Origin: Amoebophrya sp. A120
Lineage: Eukaryota; Protista; Dinoflagellata
Length of the DNA stretch: 64,000 bases
Reading direction: 5' to 3'
NCBI GenBank assembly: GCA_905178155.1
Contig: CAJINV010000018.1
Span: 407,028 to 471,027 of the forward strand
In this document: positions 48,889 through 62,369 of the stretch, piece after piece
Layout of the letters: every line of letters begins with the position of its first letter
Numbering within the stretch: the first letter of the stretch is position 1
Program-made: the position numbers and the translations under genes
The notes under the pieces: generated by a model
The model's input: only the letters and a program-made list of their open reading frames with translations
Database searches by the model: none
Told to the model about the DNA's origin: nothing

Positions 48889-50777
48889 CGTCGATAGCTC
48901 TTCTCGACTGCCAGTCTGTGCTTCGTTCTCCTGGTTCTCAAAGTTCGTACAACTTGGTGGCGGACCACCAGGAGCTGCCACAACTACAACAACCAGGCTT
49001 GTTCTCCTCGTTCAGATGAGCGGCCTACAAGCACGACTGTACCAGCAGTTCCAGCCCGCAAGCTACGACTCTCGACGTGGTGGGGAGCACGATTGGTCTT
49101 GCTGCGCAGTCTTCCTAGTAGTGTTGTGCAGCAGGAGACATATTAACCGAGAAGTAACGAGTGCTGGCACTTACTTGTTCGCCAGCACGACGACCAGTCC
49201 GACTTGGAGGGTACTGCTCACATGATACTTGTTGTGAATCGGCATGGTCGTGGGTTAGAATTTTCTATATGTTTTGTTCTTCATAAAAATCACCCAAAAA
49301 TGCCACAACGCATAATTCACAGACTGTAACGGGATTGTTCTTCACGCAGAACACATGGGATTTTTGCTCCTCGTTGTCATCTTTTACGATTGGGAATGGG
49401 ACCTGCTAAAGTGGTCAACTAGAAGTATGGACGACCGACGCTATTAAGTACACAAATTATACACAACGGAAACGAGTCCTCCGAAAAACATGTTGCAGCA
49501 AAATAATTTTGTTCTTGACAACTACGGTTGACAATATCGACCGCTCGAAGCAAGAGCATACAGGTACTACTGCCAACAACTCGGAGATGACGAACTCAAT
49601 TCTATTGCAGTGGAGATGAGAAATATTTAGAGTACGGTATAGCTGCTTAGCTGTAGCAGGTTGGCCACGGCAGCTCAACACGCAAGTGCTTGTGAACACA
49701 CGTTGGAGAGGACGGACAGTTGAGTGGACCTTGTTCTCTTTCTACTGGACCGACATAATTGATGTAGATGACAGTAGAACCCAGATGCACAAAAACAAAC
49801 TTAGTTTGACAACAACAGGAAGCCAGAAAAATGGAGGGCCTTGTTGTATTGATGAACAGGCTTCTTGTTCTTCTAGTATCGGTTGCCAATCACAACTACC
49901 TCTTGGTCTTGTGTTCTTCGATTTGGCCCTTCGCCCTCGTCTCGCTTCTGCGAAGGTGGTGTCATGATTTTCTACTCTTGCATTTTACAACGAGAATGTG
50001 ACCTCCGGACGAGTGGTTTGTTGTTCAGCATAGAGGCAGGATCTTCTCTTCAGCATAGAGGGTTGAGGTACTTCTAGAACGGGATTTCTAGTTCTGTTTT
50101 AATTTCAATTTGTCGTAAACGGACACGTTCGTCTAACACTTCATTTTTACTTTTTTTCCGTTGAGTGCTTCTCGTTTATTTCTTGACCTTGGAATCTATC
50201 TTTTTTATTCGTCCAAAAACCGCGGAGAGTTCCTTGCGGCGGCAGAGATGATGCTCACAAAAATATGAAGAGCTACTTCCTAAAATGGTAAAGTCCTAAA
50301 ATGGTACACAAATGTTAATTTTTAGAAGTGCTGAATCGTCCTACAACGAACTTCTATCTTCGCGCAGCTTAATTTTTCTGAAAACTTATTCATTCATCCG
50401 AATTATGCACCGTTTTGCAACATCATCATCATCATCATCAAACTCCTGCCCCGGGGGGAGCAGCGTGCACTGCGACATCAAAAACAAAGGTGGTCTGAGC
50501 ACTCACACAGTAGCCTAGCTCCTGCTCCTCCTGTAAGCTCTCTAGAAAATCAGCAACAAAACGCAAAAGTTCATCATTTGAGCGTAGCGCAGTAGTTTCA
50601 TTGTTCATTCTAATAGCGCTCCCGAATAAAAATGCAGTGGTGTAGCGTACTTACCGCCTTGATGCAAAGGGGTACGAGAGCGGGATTAATATTTTTGTTT
50701 ACAACTGTATATCATTTTTGTGTTGGGTCGTCAGGGTCTGCAGCTTCCACTTCCGCTTCCCCAATGGGACTCCACGT

Positions 50778-53700
50778 TCACCCTTGAGCAAAATTGGACA
50801 AATCCCGAAGCAAGGCATCGGCCTCCTTGAACAAAAGTCGGACGGGTATGCATTGCAAATATGTATGGCTATGGACTTGGATCATGAAGTAAAAATGCCT
50901 GTCTTGCATGCCCGCCTTTCGTCCTGTGATGTAGATGCGCCGCTGCAAGAAGTTAGTAGTCCTCGTGTATAAATTGTTTTGCATATAATGAAGATTGTGC
51001 GAAAGAGCAACAGCGACAACGAAAAGCGAGGCCTTCCTTTGTTCTGATTCGCACATCGGCGTGATGAAGAAGATCTGATGCGCTCTAACAAGCTCTATGC
51101 TCCACCACGACCACGACTACAACAACGGATAATGTCGATGAATAGGCCCCGGCGCCCCCCGGGGGCGGGGCCCGGTGGCGGCGGCGTCCGCGGGCTCTTG
51201 TCGAGGCCGCCCGGCAGGCGCCCCCGTAACTTGCGCCCTTCCGCCCCCGCCTTTTTCTTCGGTTTGCGACTTTTTTTCTTCACTTTGCGACTTTTTTTCT
51301 TCACTTTGCGGCTTTTCTTCTTCAGTTTGCGACCTTTTTTCCTCAGTTTGCAAATTTTTTTCTTCAGTTTGCGACCTTTTTTGCTATTAATTTTCGACAC
51401 AAAAAAGCGGCACAGAATGGCTTCCAGGCGGGAAGCGCCGGGGGCACCGGCGGGGCAGCGCGCGGCGCACCCACAAGCTCCGGCGGCCGCCCACAAAGCC
51501 GCGCGGAGCACCTTCCACGCTGCGCACGCCTTTTGTTTTTTGGCTAGTTTCGCGAGTTTTTTCGTGCCCCGGCTTTTTTTTTATGTCCCGGCGGCATTTT
51601 TCCCTGCTTTGCGCGGCCAAACAGGACGCCGCTTGTCATTTTTTTCCCTTTAAGCAGGTCCCAATAATCTTGCGCGCCGGAACGTACCTGCACCGCGCCG
51701 ATACGCCCCAACTTGTTTTGCTTCCACGGGATTTTCCTTTCCGCTGGAGCCCTCTTAAGGTCCACTTTCCCGCGGTTCTGCGTCGCCCACGAGTCCGGAA
51801 AAAGACTTCGGGATTACTTCGGTTTTACTTAGGATTCACTTAGGCCAACACTTAGGTTTATCGAGAAAAACCAATACTAAAAGCTCTATGCTCCACCACG
51901 ACCACGACTACAACAACGGATAATGTCGATGAATAGACACGACATCATGCATAGAAATTCAACTGTAACGGTTCGCCCACTACTTCACAGGTAGGACGAC
52001 TTCTGAGTAGAACCATACACACCTTAAAGACTTATTTGCAATGCGTAGCGCGCTTCTGCTGTTCCACCACGGCGCCCGCGGCTCTGATGTATTTTTCGTC
52101 GTGCGCGGATCTGAATAGCCGGATCTCTTCTTCTGGCACCGCTGGAGGGGAAACATAAACAAGATCAGGCTCCTGATGTTGTTCTCCGGCCGTGCTGCTC
52201 GTGCCGCTGCTTTCGCTGGAAAAATATTCGTCGTGGTCCAGAAGAGGATCTTCCTCTTCTGCTTCAGGAAGCAGGTCAGAATCCGAGTCGGCGACGACTT
52301 GCTGCACCCTTCGGAAACCTGGTCGTGTAGTATTGGCAGCAGGCGGAGGCGGAGGTGGCCCCCGCGAGTAGAGCACATCTTCACGAAGATCTGCTTCTTC
52401 CTTGCCGGCCCTGATGCGTTCGACTTGGTCGGCTTTGTTTTCCAAAAAGTGCTGGCAAGCGTCGTGCATGGAGGGGGGGAGCCGCGAGAGAATGGCATAC
52501 CGCGCCAGGGTGCTTTTGGGCATCAAGTAGTTCTGCGCCCCCTCTCTTTGCCTCGTTTTTAGCGAATAAATTTTGTTTCTGTCCACCTCCTGGCAGGAAT
52601 ATAGCTCGCCTTCATCTTCTTTCTTGCTCTTCCCTGAAGTGGCGGGCCTTGTTCCTGTGGCAGTTGCTGTTGGTGTTGTCGTGGTTGATAGTAGTTGTAT
52701 TCCCGGTCCTTTGACGCTATAGGTGGTAAAGCTCCACTGCGCGTCGGAGTAGTCAGAGTTCAGCACTTCCTTGCGCGCCTCGTCCAGCACAGTTTTGTAG
52801 TCGGCCCCGTACTCAGTCTCGTTTTTGTTCGGCATGGCAATGCGAAACACTTCGCTGACATCCACCGCCATGCGTTCCTCCAAGCGCACTCGCATCCACA
52901 CAGCTTCGAGGGCTCTAGCAAGAAGACGCGTTGCTATTGCCTTAGCTGCAGGGTCAGCGGCGCCAGTCCTCGTGGCGCATGCGCCCCTACTCACCAGGCC
53001 CGCTGCTTCACCCCGCTCGCGTAGTTCTCCGATATTCGGAAAGCGGTAGGACCTTCTGGATCGGGTCCAGCAGAAGCTCCTGCCACACCTCTCTGCTTCT
53101 ACCACGGGGGGCGCGACAGGAGTTGCGGTGTTGACGTGTGGCGTAGGTACAGTTTTTGGAGCTGCTCCCATTTTTGCGACGTCCTCCCGAGATAAAGTTT
53201 CCCCTTCTGGTCTCTTTCTCCTTTTTGGCAGCTGCTTCCGACTGCGTTGGCCGCTGATGATAGCTCGCTGCAACATCTCTCGTCGCAGTTGCTTCATATT
53301 ATCATTATGCGACGAAGCGCCATTTTCTACATTTACTTTTTTTGTATCAGGATGCTCAGTATCAGTATCTTGCTGGCCAAACCAATCGTCCAGCATCCCG
53401 CGCGCCGCCTCCCAAACTTCGTCGCGCGTCCATGTTGTCTATCAAGTGCAAAAGTGTCTGGGTCTGGAAAAGTGTAAACTTGTCACGCAGCAGATTTTCC
53501 ATAACCTTAACCCATGAGGTCTGGAAAGAACGAAATGGAATGTGGGATTTAGCATGACAGAATCTGCGAGGTCTCTGCCATGCCTATCCTGCATGAGAAA
53601 CTCCCTTCCATGTTGGTCAAAAGTGGACAGCTTTTGGCACTCATGCAACACAGATTTTTGCATGCTTCAGATTTACCATGACAAGCTGCCACCTTCCAGA

Positions 53701-56700
53701 CCCAGACATTTTTGCATTTGATAATGTCGCTTCGGAGGAGGTCTTGTCAAATTCAAAGAACCTGGCCAGCTCTGCTTCTTCCGCCAAATACGTAGCGATC
53801 TGGGCTGCCTCGAAGAAATCCCGAAGCAGAGTGACCAGCCGCGGATCAAAAGCAGTGCCTTGAGTCAGCGTCTGAATTTCGAGGGCTGTTGCCGCGGCCG
53901 CTTCCAACTGTAAAACATGGAAGCGGGGCTGCCCCGTGGTAGGTCGCGCGTGCAATGGCGCCGCGCTGGAAAACCAATAGAAACGCCACACCAACTCCAG
54001 ATTTGCTACCAGCTGCTCCGGGGTAGGCACAGTTTGGCGGCTATGATTCTTTGTCAGTAGGTCGATGACAGCGACATACTCGAGCGCGCCTTCCTGCATG
54101 TACCGCTCCGGCTCCTCTAAAAGCTCAAGGCCAGCTATGGATGTGTCAGGTTTGAAATCGTCAAAGTTGAAATAGTTTGTCATGCATAAAACGCATACCG
54201 GTTAGACCTACAGTTTGTAGTCGGTGCATGACAAATCTTCCCGGTCCCGGAAGCGAGTCTGTCATGCGGTTTAGGGCAAAAGAGCTGCCTTCTGTCATGC
54301 TAGTTAGCAGTCCAACTTTTGACCCTTACCAGGACTATAATCTACCTCCCGTGGGTCCTCTGCAATAGAGTCACTTTCTGTGTCGCATTTTATGCATCAC
54401 AAATTATTCCAACTTTGACGATTTCAAACCTGACGCTTCCATACCAGCTTCAGATAGCATTGCAAACGTGTTTTGCTCCGCAACGGTTTTCCGCTGTTCG
54501 ACATGTGTATACATCCACGCCTTCCAATTTTCGTTAATGCGGCTCTGCGCCTCCGTTTCTGCAAGCTCCGATGCGCGTACGACATCTTTCACCGCACCCA
54601 TCTCCGAAATCACCTTGTCGCGCCACTCGCGAGAAGCCTGACGCTGGGCCTCAGGAGAAACTACGGGCGCATGACTTCGAGGGCGTAAGAACGCTGTCTG
54701 CCTGGCTACTTGTTCCTTGCGCATTGTCTTCACCAAGTCGCTGAGCCGTCCTTCTGCATTAACCAGGGCGGGAGAAATGGAGTTCTTCGCGTCCCTGCCA
54801 TATGCTGCCACAGCACGCGTCATTTCCCGCAGCGCTTCAAGCTCGTAATTCAGGAACTGCGGTCCCCGGCGTCTCAGCCAGTCACGCCCCAACGCCCGAT
54901 ACAGGTGCGCGCGAGCCCGTGTGCTTTATTGTGAGGAAAAATCACCCCTCCCCAGGCCCAGATTGAAAAGACATCCTTCTGAAAATTTGCGACGCAGTAG
55001 ATTTGTGGCCACGAAACATTTCTGCCACGCAAGAAGGCAATTGCCGGGATATGCGCGGCCACAATAAGTATACCGGGCGTTATGTCATGCGGACTGGCCT
55101 CTAGAGCAGGAGGCCTCTCCCATGCTATAAACAGGCACACCATTGATTACGCTTCCAAACAGGACGAGAGTCAGGCTGCGCCTGTTTACCGCAAGATAGA
55201 TTGAATTTGTGTACGCAAATCCAGCATCAGAAACTTCGTGTCGATGTGGGATGGGGGATTTTTCCTTTTGATACGCTCTTATTGGCAAAAAGTGCCTGAC
55301 AGCTGGGCATCGCCTTCAACTTCCCTCCCTGCACCCACTCTTTGAGGTCTTTGTTGAAACGACTTATGCATCGCAAATATGTGCTGGTCTAGGTGTGGAA
55401 ACTCGTGATGTGAAGGTATCATGGATGGGTCTGGTACTTATTTCAAGGGCAGCCAAGCATGAGAAGTCTATGACGCCGTCTGATACGTAAACGTAGCACG
55501 CATGACAAAGACAAACTGCGTCTTTGCACGACAATAAAGTAACGCCTTTGATGCTGGCTATCGTTTTGCAACACAGATCATTTTTCAGGATGAATGCTAG
55601 ACATGCATCACAAGCTCCACTTTTCCAGACCCAGACATATTTGCACTGGATAAGACTACCACTACTCTTTGTATCAGAAAAGGGCTGGCCGTCGCGTCCT
55701 GTGATGGTGATGCTGAAGGCATTTTTTTCATCACTCACGTCCTGCTGTTGAGCACCAATGATTGGCGTTCTACTTGATTTTCCCGGCGGCATTGCTGACT
55801 CAGTCCTTTTTACCACGTTTCGCGTTCGGTTTTCTGCACTTTTTGCCTGCTTTTTTACGCGACGTCCAACTACAGCTCCATCCCTACTTGTTTCCGCCGT
55901 ACCAAAGGCATCACTCGCGGTCCCCTCATTTTCGCTGGTACTGCAAAAACGCGAAGTCGTCCTCTGGTGCTGGTCCCCGTGGTCTTCCTCGTGTTCTTTC
56001 TGCAGTAAAATCTCGAAGCGGTTCTCTTTCGTATTGAGCAATGCCGGAGCTCCTGCAGCCTCTTTTTCTGGTCGTCGTGTGATGGTTTCTCGCCTTTTGT
56101 TTTCCATAGAAGCACTCACTTTCTCTGAAAAGGATGAGCGGCCAGACTCTGCAACGACCTCCGACGCCGAAAAGAAACTATCCCGCGCACCATTGATGTG
56201 CTGCGCACCAGCCGGGACTATTAATTTCCCCGCTGCGAGGCACTCGGATGCCCTCTGCCACGCCACAGCAATCACGTTCGCGTGAGCTGGATCGGGCCGC
56301 AGGTGCCGGCCCGTCAACGGGTAGATGAGGCGCCGCGCCGCGTAGCATCGCCACCAGTCTTGGAAGAGGTTTCGGTTTTTATCACATGTAAAAATGTCTG
56401 GGTCTGGAAGAATCGGGACTTGTGATGCACATTTTGCATGACCCGTGAGGTCTGTGATGCTGGTGCTAGCATCACAGATTTTTTGAGAGCTTCTTGATGC
56501 TAATCACGCATGAGAAATGCCCTCTGCGCTTGCCAAGAACTGACTCCTGTTGCTGCTCATGCAACACAGATATTTTTAGAATCCGCAGACAGCATTACAA
56601 GTTCCAACCTTCCAGACCCAGACATTTTTGCAACCCATAGTTTTTCACGAATGGCAATTTGCCGCTGCACACGTGGATGTTGGTATCCAGATCCGCACTA

Positions 56701-57119
56701 GAAGTCGAAACTGCTACGTGGTAGCTGCACAGACTTTTTTTCATCTGCTGGTAGTGGCTATTCCAGGCCTGAAGGGCTTTCGGGGAGAGATTCACCTTGT
56801 CGACCACGTCCCCCGCATCCACGTGGGCGCTCCCGGCAGCGGTGCGAACCGCAGAGGCGAATCGCCGCAACGCGCCGTGGTCGGATCCCGCAAGGTTTTT
56901 CGCGATTTCCCGAGCGACTTCCGGCAGCCGGTCCCAGTCATGAATCGAAATACCCAAAGCGGCTGGCAGGTCCGCCGTGGCAATCCACCGGGCTGGTACA
57001 ACAGGAGACGCGGCACAAGAAAGAGGACCTCCGGGAGGTGGCAGGAGGTGCGGCACAAGAAAGACCGGGAACAGCACAAGCCCCCATTTTGTCCTTGATG
57101 AAAAGAGGCTGGCGCTCAT
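50778..57119 (-). CDS. Large protein of unknown function with a signal-peptide-like N-terminus
   Basis: MSASLFSSRTKWGLVLFPVFLVP. In-frame joins across 6 elements link ORFs 56595-57119, 55364-56317, 54404-54892, 53641-54183, 52032-53396 and a last exon ending at 50778. Confidence 0.75.
50847..52047. mobile_element. Degenerate introner with 735-bp nested insert (51146-51880)
   Basis: TATGCATTGCAAATA / TATTTGCAATGCGTA termini; frame restored; insert between 56-bp perfect direct repeats. Confidence 0.7.
53440..53723. mobile_element. Introner, family A
   Basis: DR TTGTC/ATGTC. Confidence 0.88.
54136..54443. mobile_element. Introner, family E
   Basis: Perfect DR CCAGC. Confidence 0.9.
54927..55273. 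mobile_element. Introner, family B, degenerate
   Basis: DR TGCTT/CGCTC; frame restored. Confidence 0.82.
55365..55652. mobile_element. Introner, family A
   Basis: DR CGACT/AGACT. Confidence 0.85.
56380..56639. mobile_element. Introner, family A
   Basis: Perfect DR GTTTT. Confidence 0.9.
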
Positions 57120-59223
57120 TGTTGTATGTACTCTACTTCACCCTCCTCTTGCGTGCTTCTTGTCGAAACTTATTTTTTATAATTTTATTCTGTGACGAAT
57201 AATTTCCACTGTACTCTTACTTTATAGAGAAATGCGAAGCAAAAAAATTATGTTGGACGGACTTGCTAAAACTAATTCATTGTTGCAAACACATACACTG
57301 TGGAAATTTTCGATACTGGGTTTTATTGATTTTTTGTGAAATAGGAATAGTCACAGGTGGGATCATGGAACAGATTTCAATGGAAGTTGAGCGGTTGCAG
57401 GTGCGAACTTGGGCCCAGAAAAAGGATAAGCCTAGACCTACAGAATCTATCTTCTATCTGAGCGAGTGCGAGAAAGTGATTGTGATCCGAGATAAGAAGT
57501 AGTAATAAAGTGCCCTCGTCTCTTCTAGAAGCGAGGAACAGGTTGATGTAGTTACAGCAATATATCAATAGCGCGGTCGACTCGACCATCAAAGCCAGTA
57601 GGATTTGGATTTCAAAAAGAATATGAAAAACTATGGCAAGGCAGATCGCTGGACGGTGGATCGAGGAATTTGAGTCTTTCATTAATGACAGAAAAAGAAC
57701 TTGCAGATCCGATCTGCACGGGGATCAAAATTTTCTACACGTTGATCAGGCCCCGCCGCTTGAAGATCTTGTAGGCTTTATTTTTTCCTGAGGATCTTCG
57801 TGGTGTGAGTGTGTTGACCAGAGCTGGAACTGAGCACTGCATGCGAAGAGCTTTGATTTTGCTTGTAACAGAGGATCGCTTGAACTTATTTTCAATTTGA
57901 TGCACCGAGCAAGGAAACGCTTACACTTACTTGCGCTGCTCTCGACACCAATAAGTACATATTACCCGCCGCTTTGTACACGATAAATAAGCAAAAACAC
58001 TATACACTTACTTGGAAATTATACAAAAAAGTACATATTACCCGGCGGCGCTCACGGGAACACGATACAACAATTTTTGACCCCACCAGCTTGGTGCGCT
58101 TGGGGCGTCCAAGAATTTTTTACTTTTGCGAACTGAGTCGCAAAATAGGAATAGCTGTGGGCGCTGAGAGGACCCGCTGAGAAGAAATAGAAAAATGTCT
58201 AAAATAGAGTGCGATACCACTGGGTGCACATGATGACGAGGACTATGGACGACAATCATCCCTATCCTCTGGCGAGGAACATCAGAAGCCTTCTTGACAC
58301 CACATAGTATCTAGGATTACAATACCACTTCCCTTCATATATAGAATGACGCGCACGCGCCGTCGTGCGGTTATAAAGGTGAGCGGAGTTATAGTCTCCC
58401 GCATACTCTAGGGTAAGTCCAAGGCAGTAAATTGCTCTGCAGCACTAGTAGTCGACAACGCTTCTGCGCCCCCAGTGACGTAGTTTCACCGCCCGCTTTA
58501 GCAGTCGGCGGCTAGTACCAGTGGCGAGCTTGCCGTTGGCGTCGCCTCTTGCCACTGGCATTCAAAAACAAGCGCCATTAGTAAGTACCACGCCCTCATC
58601 CATGGCCGCTCTAGTCCTGAGCCATTTACTGTAAATAGAATCTTGTGCTGCTTATAATTTCCGGACAGGAGCGGTTGCGGTGTCAAAACTTCTTGCAAAG
58701 TTGTAGACACACGTCGGGTATTAAGAACCTGTTCCACGGTGGAGCAGGTTCTTAGACCGACCACGTCTTAAGTGGTCGGGTAAAACTTCCATCCGACCAC
58801 GCCGGCTCCTTGCATACATTTTTTCTGCGACACGTCTTCCGGCCGGTTCAAAAAATGCTAGATGTTATAACAAATAACGACCACCAAGAACTCGTCTTCC
58901 ACTTCTAGGTGTGCGCGTTGTTTAGCCAAAAAATCTGCCTTACGAATACGAGACAAAGAGAGAATCCAAAATCTTTAATTTTTGTAGGAGACGTACGTAT
59001 GTATCTATAACTTTAACTTCTTAAAATCAGAATCATACATGGACTACATCACGACATCGAGAGAGATACGAGGGGTGGCACTTGCGCACTTATCGTAAAA
59101 AATCATACACACACATTACTGAAAACAGCGCACACTCATACATCACGGTCGTGCAACACATCAGTCATGAACAGCCAACAAGAGAATAAATTTAAATACT
59201 ATTGGAGTTATATGCTCGGTTCT

Positions 59224-62200
59224 TTATCTGATAAAAAACCGGTCCTGTTTTCCATCTTCCCAATGGCAAATCTGCGCCCCACAGGTCCAGCCTTGCTGTT
59301 TCCAGCGTCTCGGGTCAGGGTTGTGTTCTGAAGCAAGATCGGAACGAGAATCCGCTTGAATCCGCCTCAATTCCTCCCGCGAAAAATTTTTCCATTCGAC
59401 CGTGCACTTGAGCAGGGTGATCAGCGTGGGGGATTCCAAGATGGCGAACTCCTGGCTGTAACGGACGCTTGTGCGTCTATGTATTGGGGTCTCGAGGGTC
59501 CGCAAAAATGTCTTCCCAACACTGGTCGTCGTGCGACAACCGCCCGCGGCGGCCACGGCCTTCATATTTCACCCGGGATATGAAGTTTTCATTGTCTATC
59601 CCGTCAAAGAACTAACCCACTTCAGACGCAGAGTTGTCATGCTAAACGCAATGCGGTAGTGCAGTGTTGGCACGCAATTCTGGGATCATGTACATGCACA
59701 GAAGTAGCGTCTCTGTCTCACGATGAAAAATTTGTCATGCCAAACCTCCAATCGAAACCACCACACCTTTTATCAAGATCTTTTCACTCCACAGGTGAAG
59801 ATGATTGTATAGTTATGCTTTGGGCGCCGGCCTCAGTTTGAACATGCATTTTCAACATTCTTGGATCTGGTCCGGTGGGTACGTTTTATTTGCCTCCGGG
59901 ATACTATCCAGGTCAAAGTCCGTGGTGTAAACGTGGTCCTGCGATGAGTCGCCACGCTCGTGGGACCGGAGGTGTCTCAACCGCAGGTGGTCCTCATCTG
60001 GCTTCGCGAGGGTCCCCAGAGCTAAACCCGTTTTGCGCATGAAGACTTTTGGGTAATAGGAAGCGAGCGGCGTCTCTTTACTTCCGAACATGCGCTCCTT
60101 GGTTCTTTCACTGAGGGACAGCGCCTCGGAACCTTCATCTACAGGCACGCGCTCCTGGTTGGAAGCTTGCACCCAGTGTAAGTATTTGGGAAAGCTTGCC
60201 TCCAACACCGAGCTGGGATCATTAGTAGGACGAGAAGGGAAGGAAAGCCGCGCGTCGTTCTGTTCTTGGTCGTGTCGTGTAGTTCCTCTAGTCGAAGATG
60301 TGGCACCAGGGTGGAACACAGGAGGCGTCGTTCCTGCTGTAGTCCTGTCCACCTCAATCGACGCAGAAGCTCTTCGTCCTGCTTGATACTCAACATCCGT
60401 TGGGTCTGTGTAGTTCTGGGTGCTTTTACCAGAGAAATTTTCATCAATGCTTTTCTCGAGAAGTTCTTGCGAAAGCCACGTTTCGGAATATTGGTGAACA
60501 GTGTGCCCCTCGCCGGATCGTGCATACCGAGGCCGGATGTGGTCTCGGTAACGGTCCTCCGGATTCAGGCGGTCATCCGCCTGATTCGCAGAGCATTTGA
60601 AGCCGCCGAGACGGAGAAGTTGCTGACTTGCCGGCAGGCGATGTCTCGCCACATCTTCAGTATGCAAGAAGCCCTGGTGAAAATCCTGGTTCGCAGCTGC
60701 TACCGGTGGCACTCTTGTAGGGGCAAGAGACACCTTGCGGCTTCGTATCCAAATGAAAACCAGTTCCAGTATGTAAAACTTGTGAACTCGTGGCGTCTGC
60801 CTTCCCAAGCTGCAAGATGCAGACGCAGCCTTGCAGCTTTGCTGCAACAAATATAATAATTAAAGGACCTTCAGCGACTTGGAGGACTTCTCTCTATTAT
60901 TATTTGCTTGAGAATCTTTATCAATCTAGGAGCGCGAGCGCACTCACCGTGGAGGTGCACCTTTGTTCATATATATTAGAGCCGCATCATCTTGCATCAT
61001 GAGCAGTTTCAACATCATCTTGCATGAGCAGCGGTAGCTCGGAGCAAGACAATCTTTTTTCTACTGCCAAAAAAGTAGTACTAATAGGACGGGAACTTAT
61101 TGTCACTAGGATACTCAGCTCTTTTCGAAGGGCGTGTTCCATTTCCTGTCGCAGCGATGCAGTTTTCTTCTCCTCTCTCGACATAGAAGTATAACCTGCT
61201 CAGCTGTTACAATCTCAACTGTTACAATAGAATCTGGAAATCTGTGATGCAAGAACTGCATGATCTAGCCTACTCCCATGAAATTGCGCATGACAAGTTT
61301 CGGAGTCCCAAACCCACCTGAAATCCGGGAAAATTTGTATTGCGAAAAGCTCAATTCTCTCTGCGTTCCTCATGCTCTTCATGCAATACAAATTCCAGAT
61401 TCTATTGTAACGCTTGAGATTGTAATGTTTGAGCATGCCATAAGAAGTTGTGCCATCTTCTGCTTCCAATGCAGACCCAGCTGCCGTGTGGTGGCGTTCG
61501 TACCACCGCGCGGCGGCTCGTTTCAACATCGCACTTCCGAGGTAATGCCGCTTCGCGTTCTGAGCGAATTTCTTTATCTCCTCTTCCTTTTCAGGGTGTC
61601 GACTACTTTCCGGACCAGGTAAATACGAATAAATGTTCGGCCAAGTGTATTCAGTGCACAACTACGACTCCTCCTCATTTGTAGGGCACGGGCAGCAACA
61701 TTTCTGCCGTTGCTTATGTCATAAGCAACGGCAGAAATGTAAGCTTCCGCATGACAAAGACAAATTTTTTTACGTGCGGACTGTAGTACTGTTTGAGCTT
61801 CGGAAATTTGTCATGCAGACAGTGCTCAGGAGAGGCACGGCCACGGTATGGATTTGGGTTTTTGCATTACAAATGAGCGGGAGGGGGAGGTGTGCACTAC
61901 CTTCGTAAAGTGTCTTGACCGATCCGTCCATATCCCCCCAGGCGCGAAGACGACGACGCCGCAGCGAGTCCTGGCACAGCCAGGTATTGCGAGGAAAAAT
62001 CCCCCCTCCCCATATCGATAAGAAGCTTTGTCATGCTGATTTGTGACCACAAATCGCATCTGTGATGCAAGAAAGCAACGCCACAGGCTCCGCCCCATTA
62101 TGCAGGGGGTGTGTAATGCTATTGGGCCTACGGCATAGACGTTCCCCATGCTAAGCGCCTAGACCAAAACCTCTCGACTCCGGCACGATATAGGCCTGCA

Positions 62201-62369
62201 ATCCTTTACTGCAAGACAAGATTTGTGTTCACAAATCAACATCACAAATTTCGTTTTCGATATGGGGGGGGGAGATTTTTGCTCATGATAACAGATAGGA
62301 AAAGATCTGACCACAGCCACCTAGTTGTGCCAAGAGGTGCAGAATATTTTTAAAAATTGGCCGGGACAT
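59224..62369 (-). CDS. Protein of unknown function with a signal-peptide-like N-terminus; 3' structure uncertain (may end at 59852 or be disrupted)
   Basis: ATG at 62369 (MSRPIFKNILHLLAQLGGCGQIFSYL). Frame restored across elements at 61985, 61648 and 61190. Link to ORF 59852-60850 is not resolved. Confidence 0.55.
59565..59803. mobile_element. Possible highly degenerate introner
   Basis: Weak IR TATTTCACC../..GGTGAAGATG and internal TTGTCATGC motifs; no DR. Confidence 0.35.
61190..61442. mobile_element. Introner, family H
   Basis: Perfect DR AGAAG. Confidence 0.9.
61648..61907. mobile_element. Introner, I-like, degenerate
   Basis: Perfect DR AAGTG. Confidence 0.8.
61985..62290. mobile_element. 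Introner, family B
   Basis: DR CCAGG/ACAGA. Confidence 0.82.

Noticed and set aside
50781-50798. CTTGAGCAAAATTGG resembling the reverse complement of the dinoflagellate spliced leader
   Set aside because: Imperfect match lying in a terminal coding exon.
51095-51511. Lys-rich histone H1/DVNP-like ORF (KKKSRKVKKK)
   Set aside because: It arises from a 21-bp A-tract tandem repeat inside a nested insert; there is no evidence of a gene.
132-55652. Apparent excess of synonymous differences between DR copies (12 of 25 by my count), suggesting both copies are coding
   Set aside because: With one constrained exonic copy and one free intronic copy about 40% is expected anyway, and the sample is too small.
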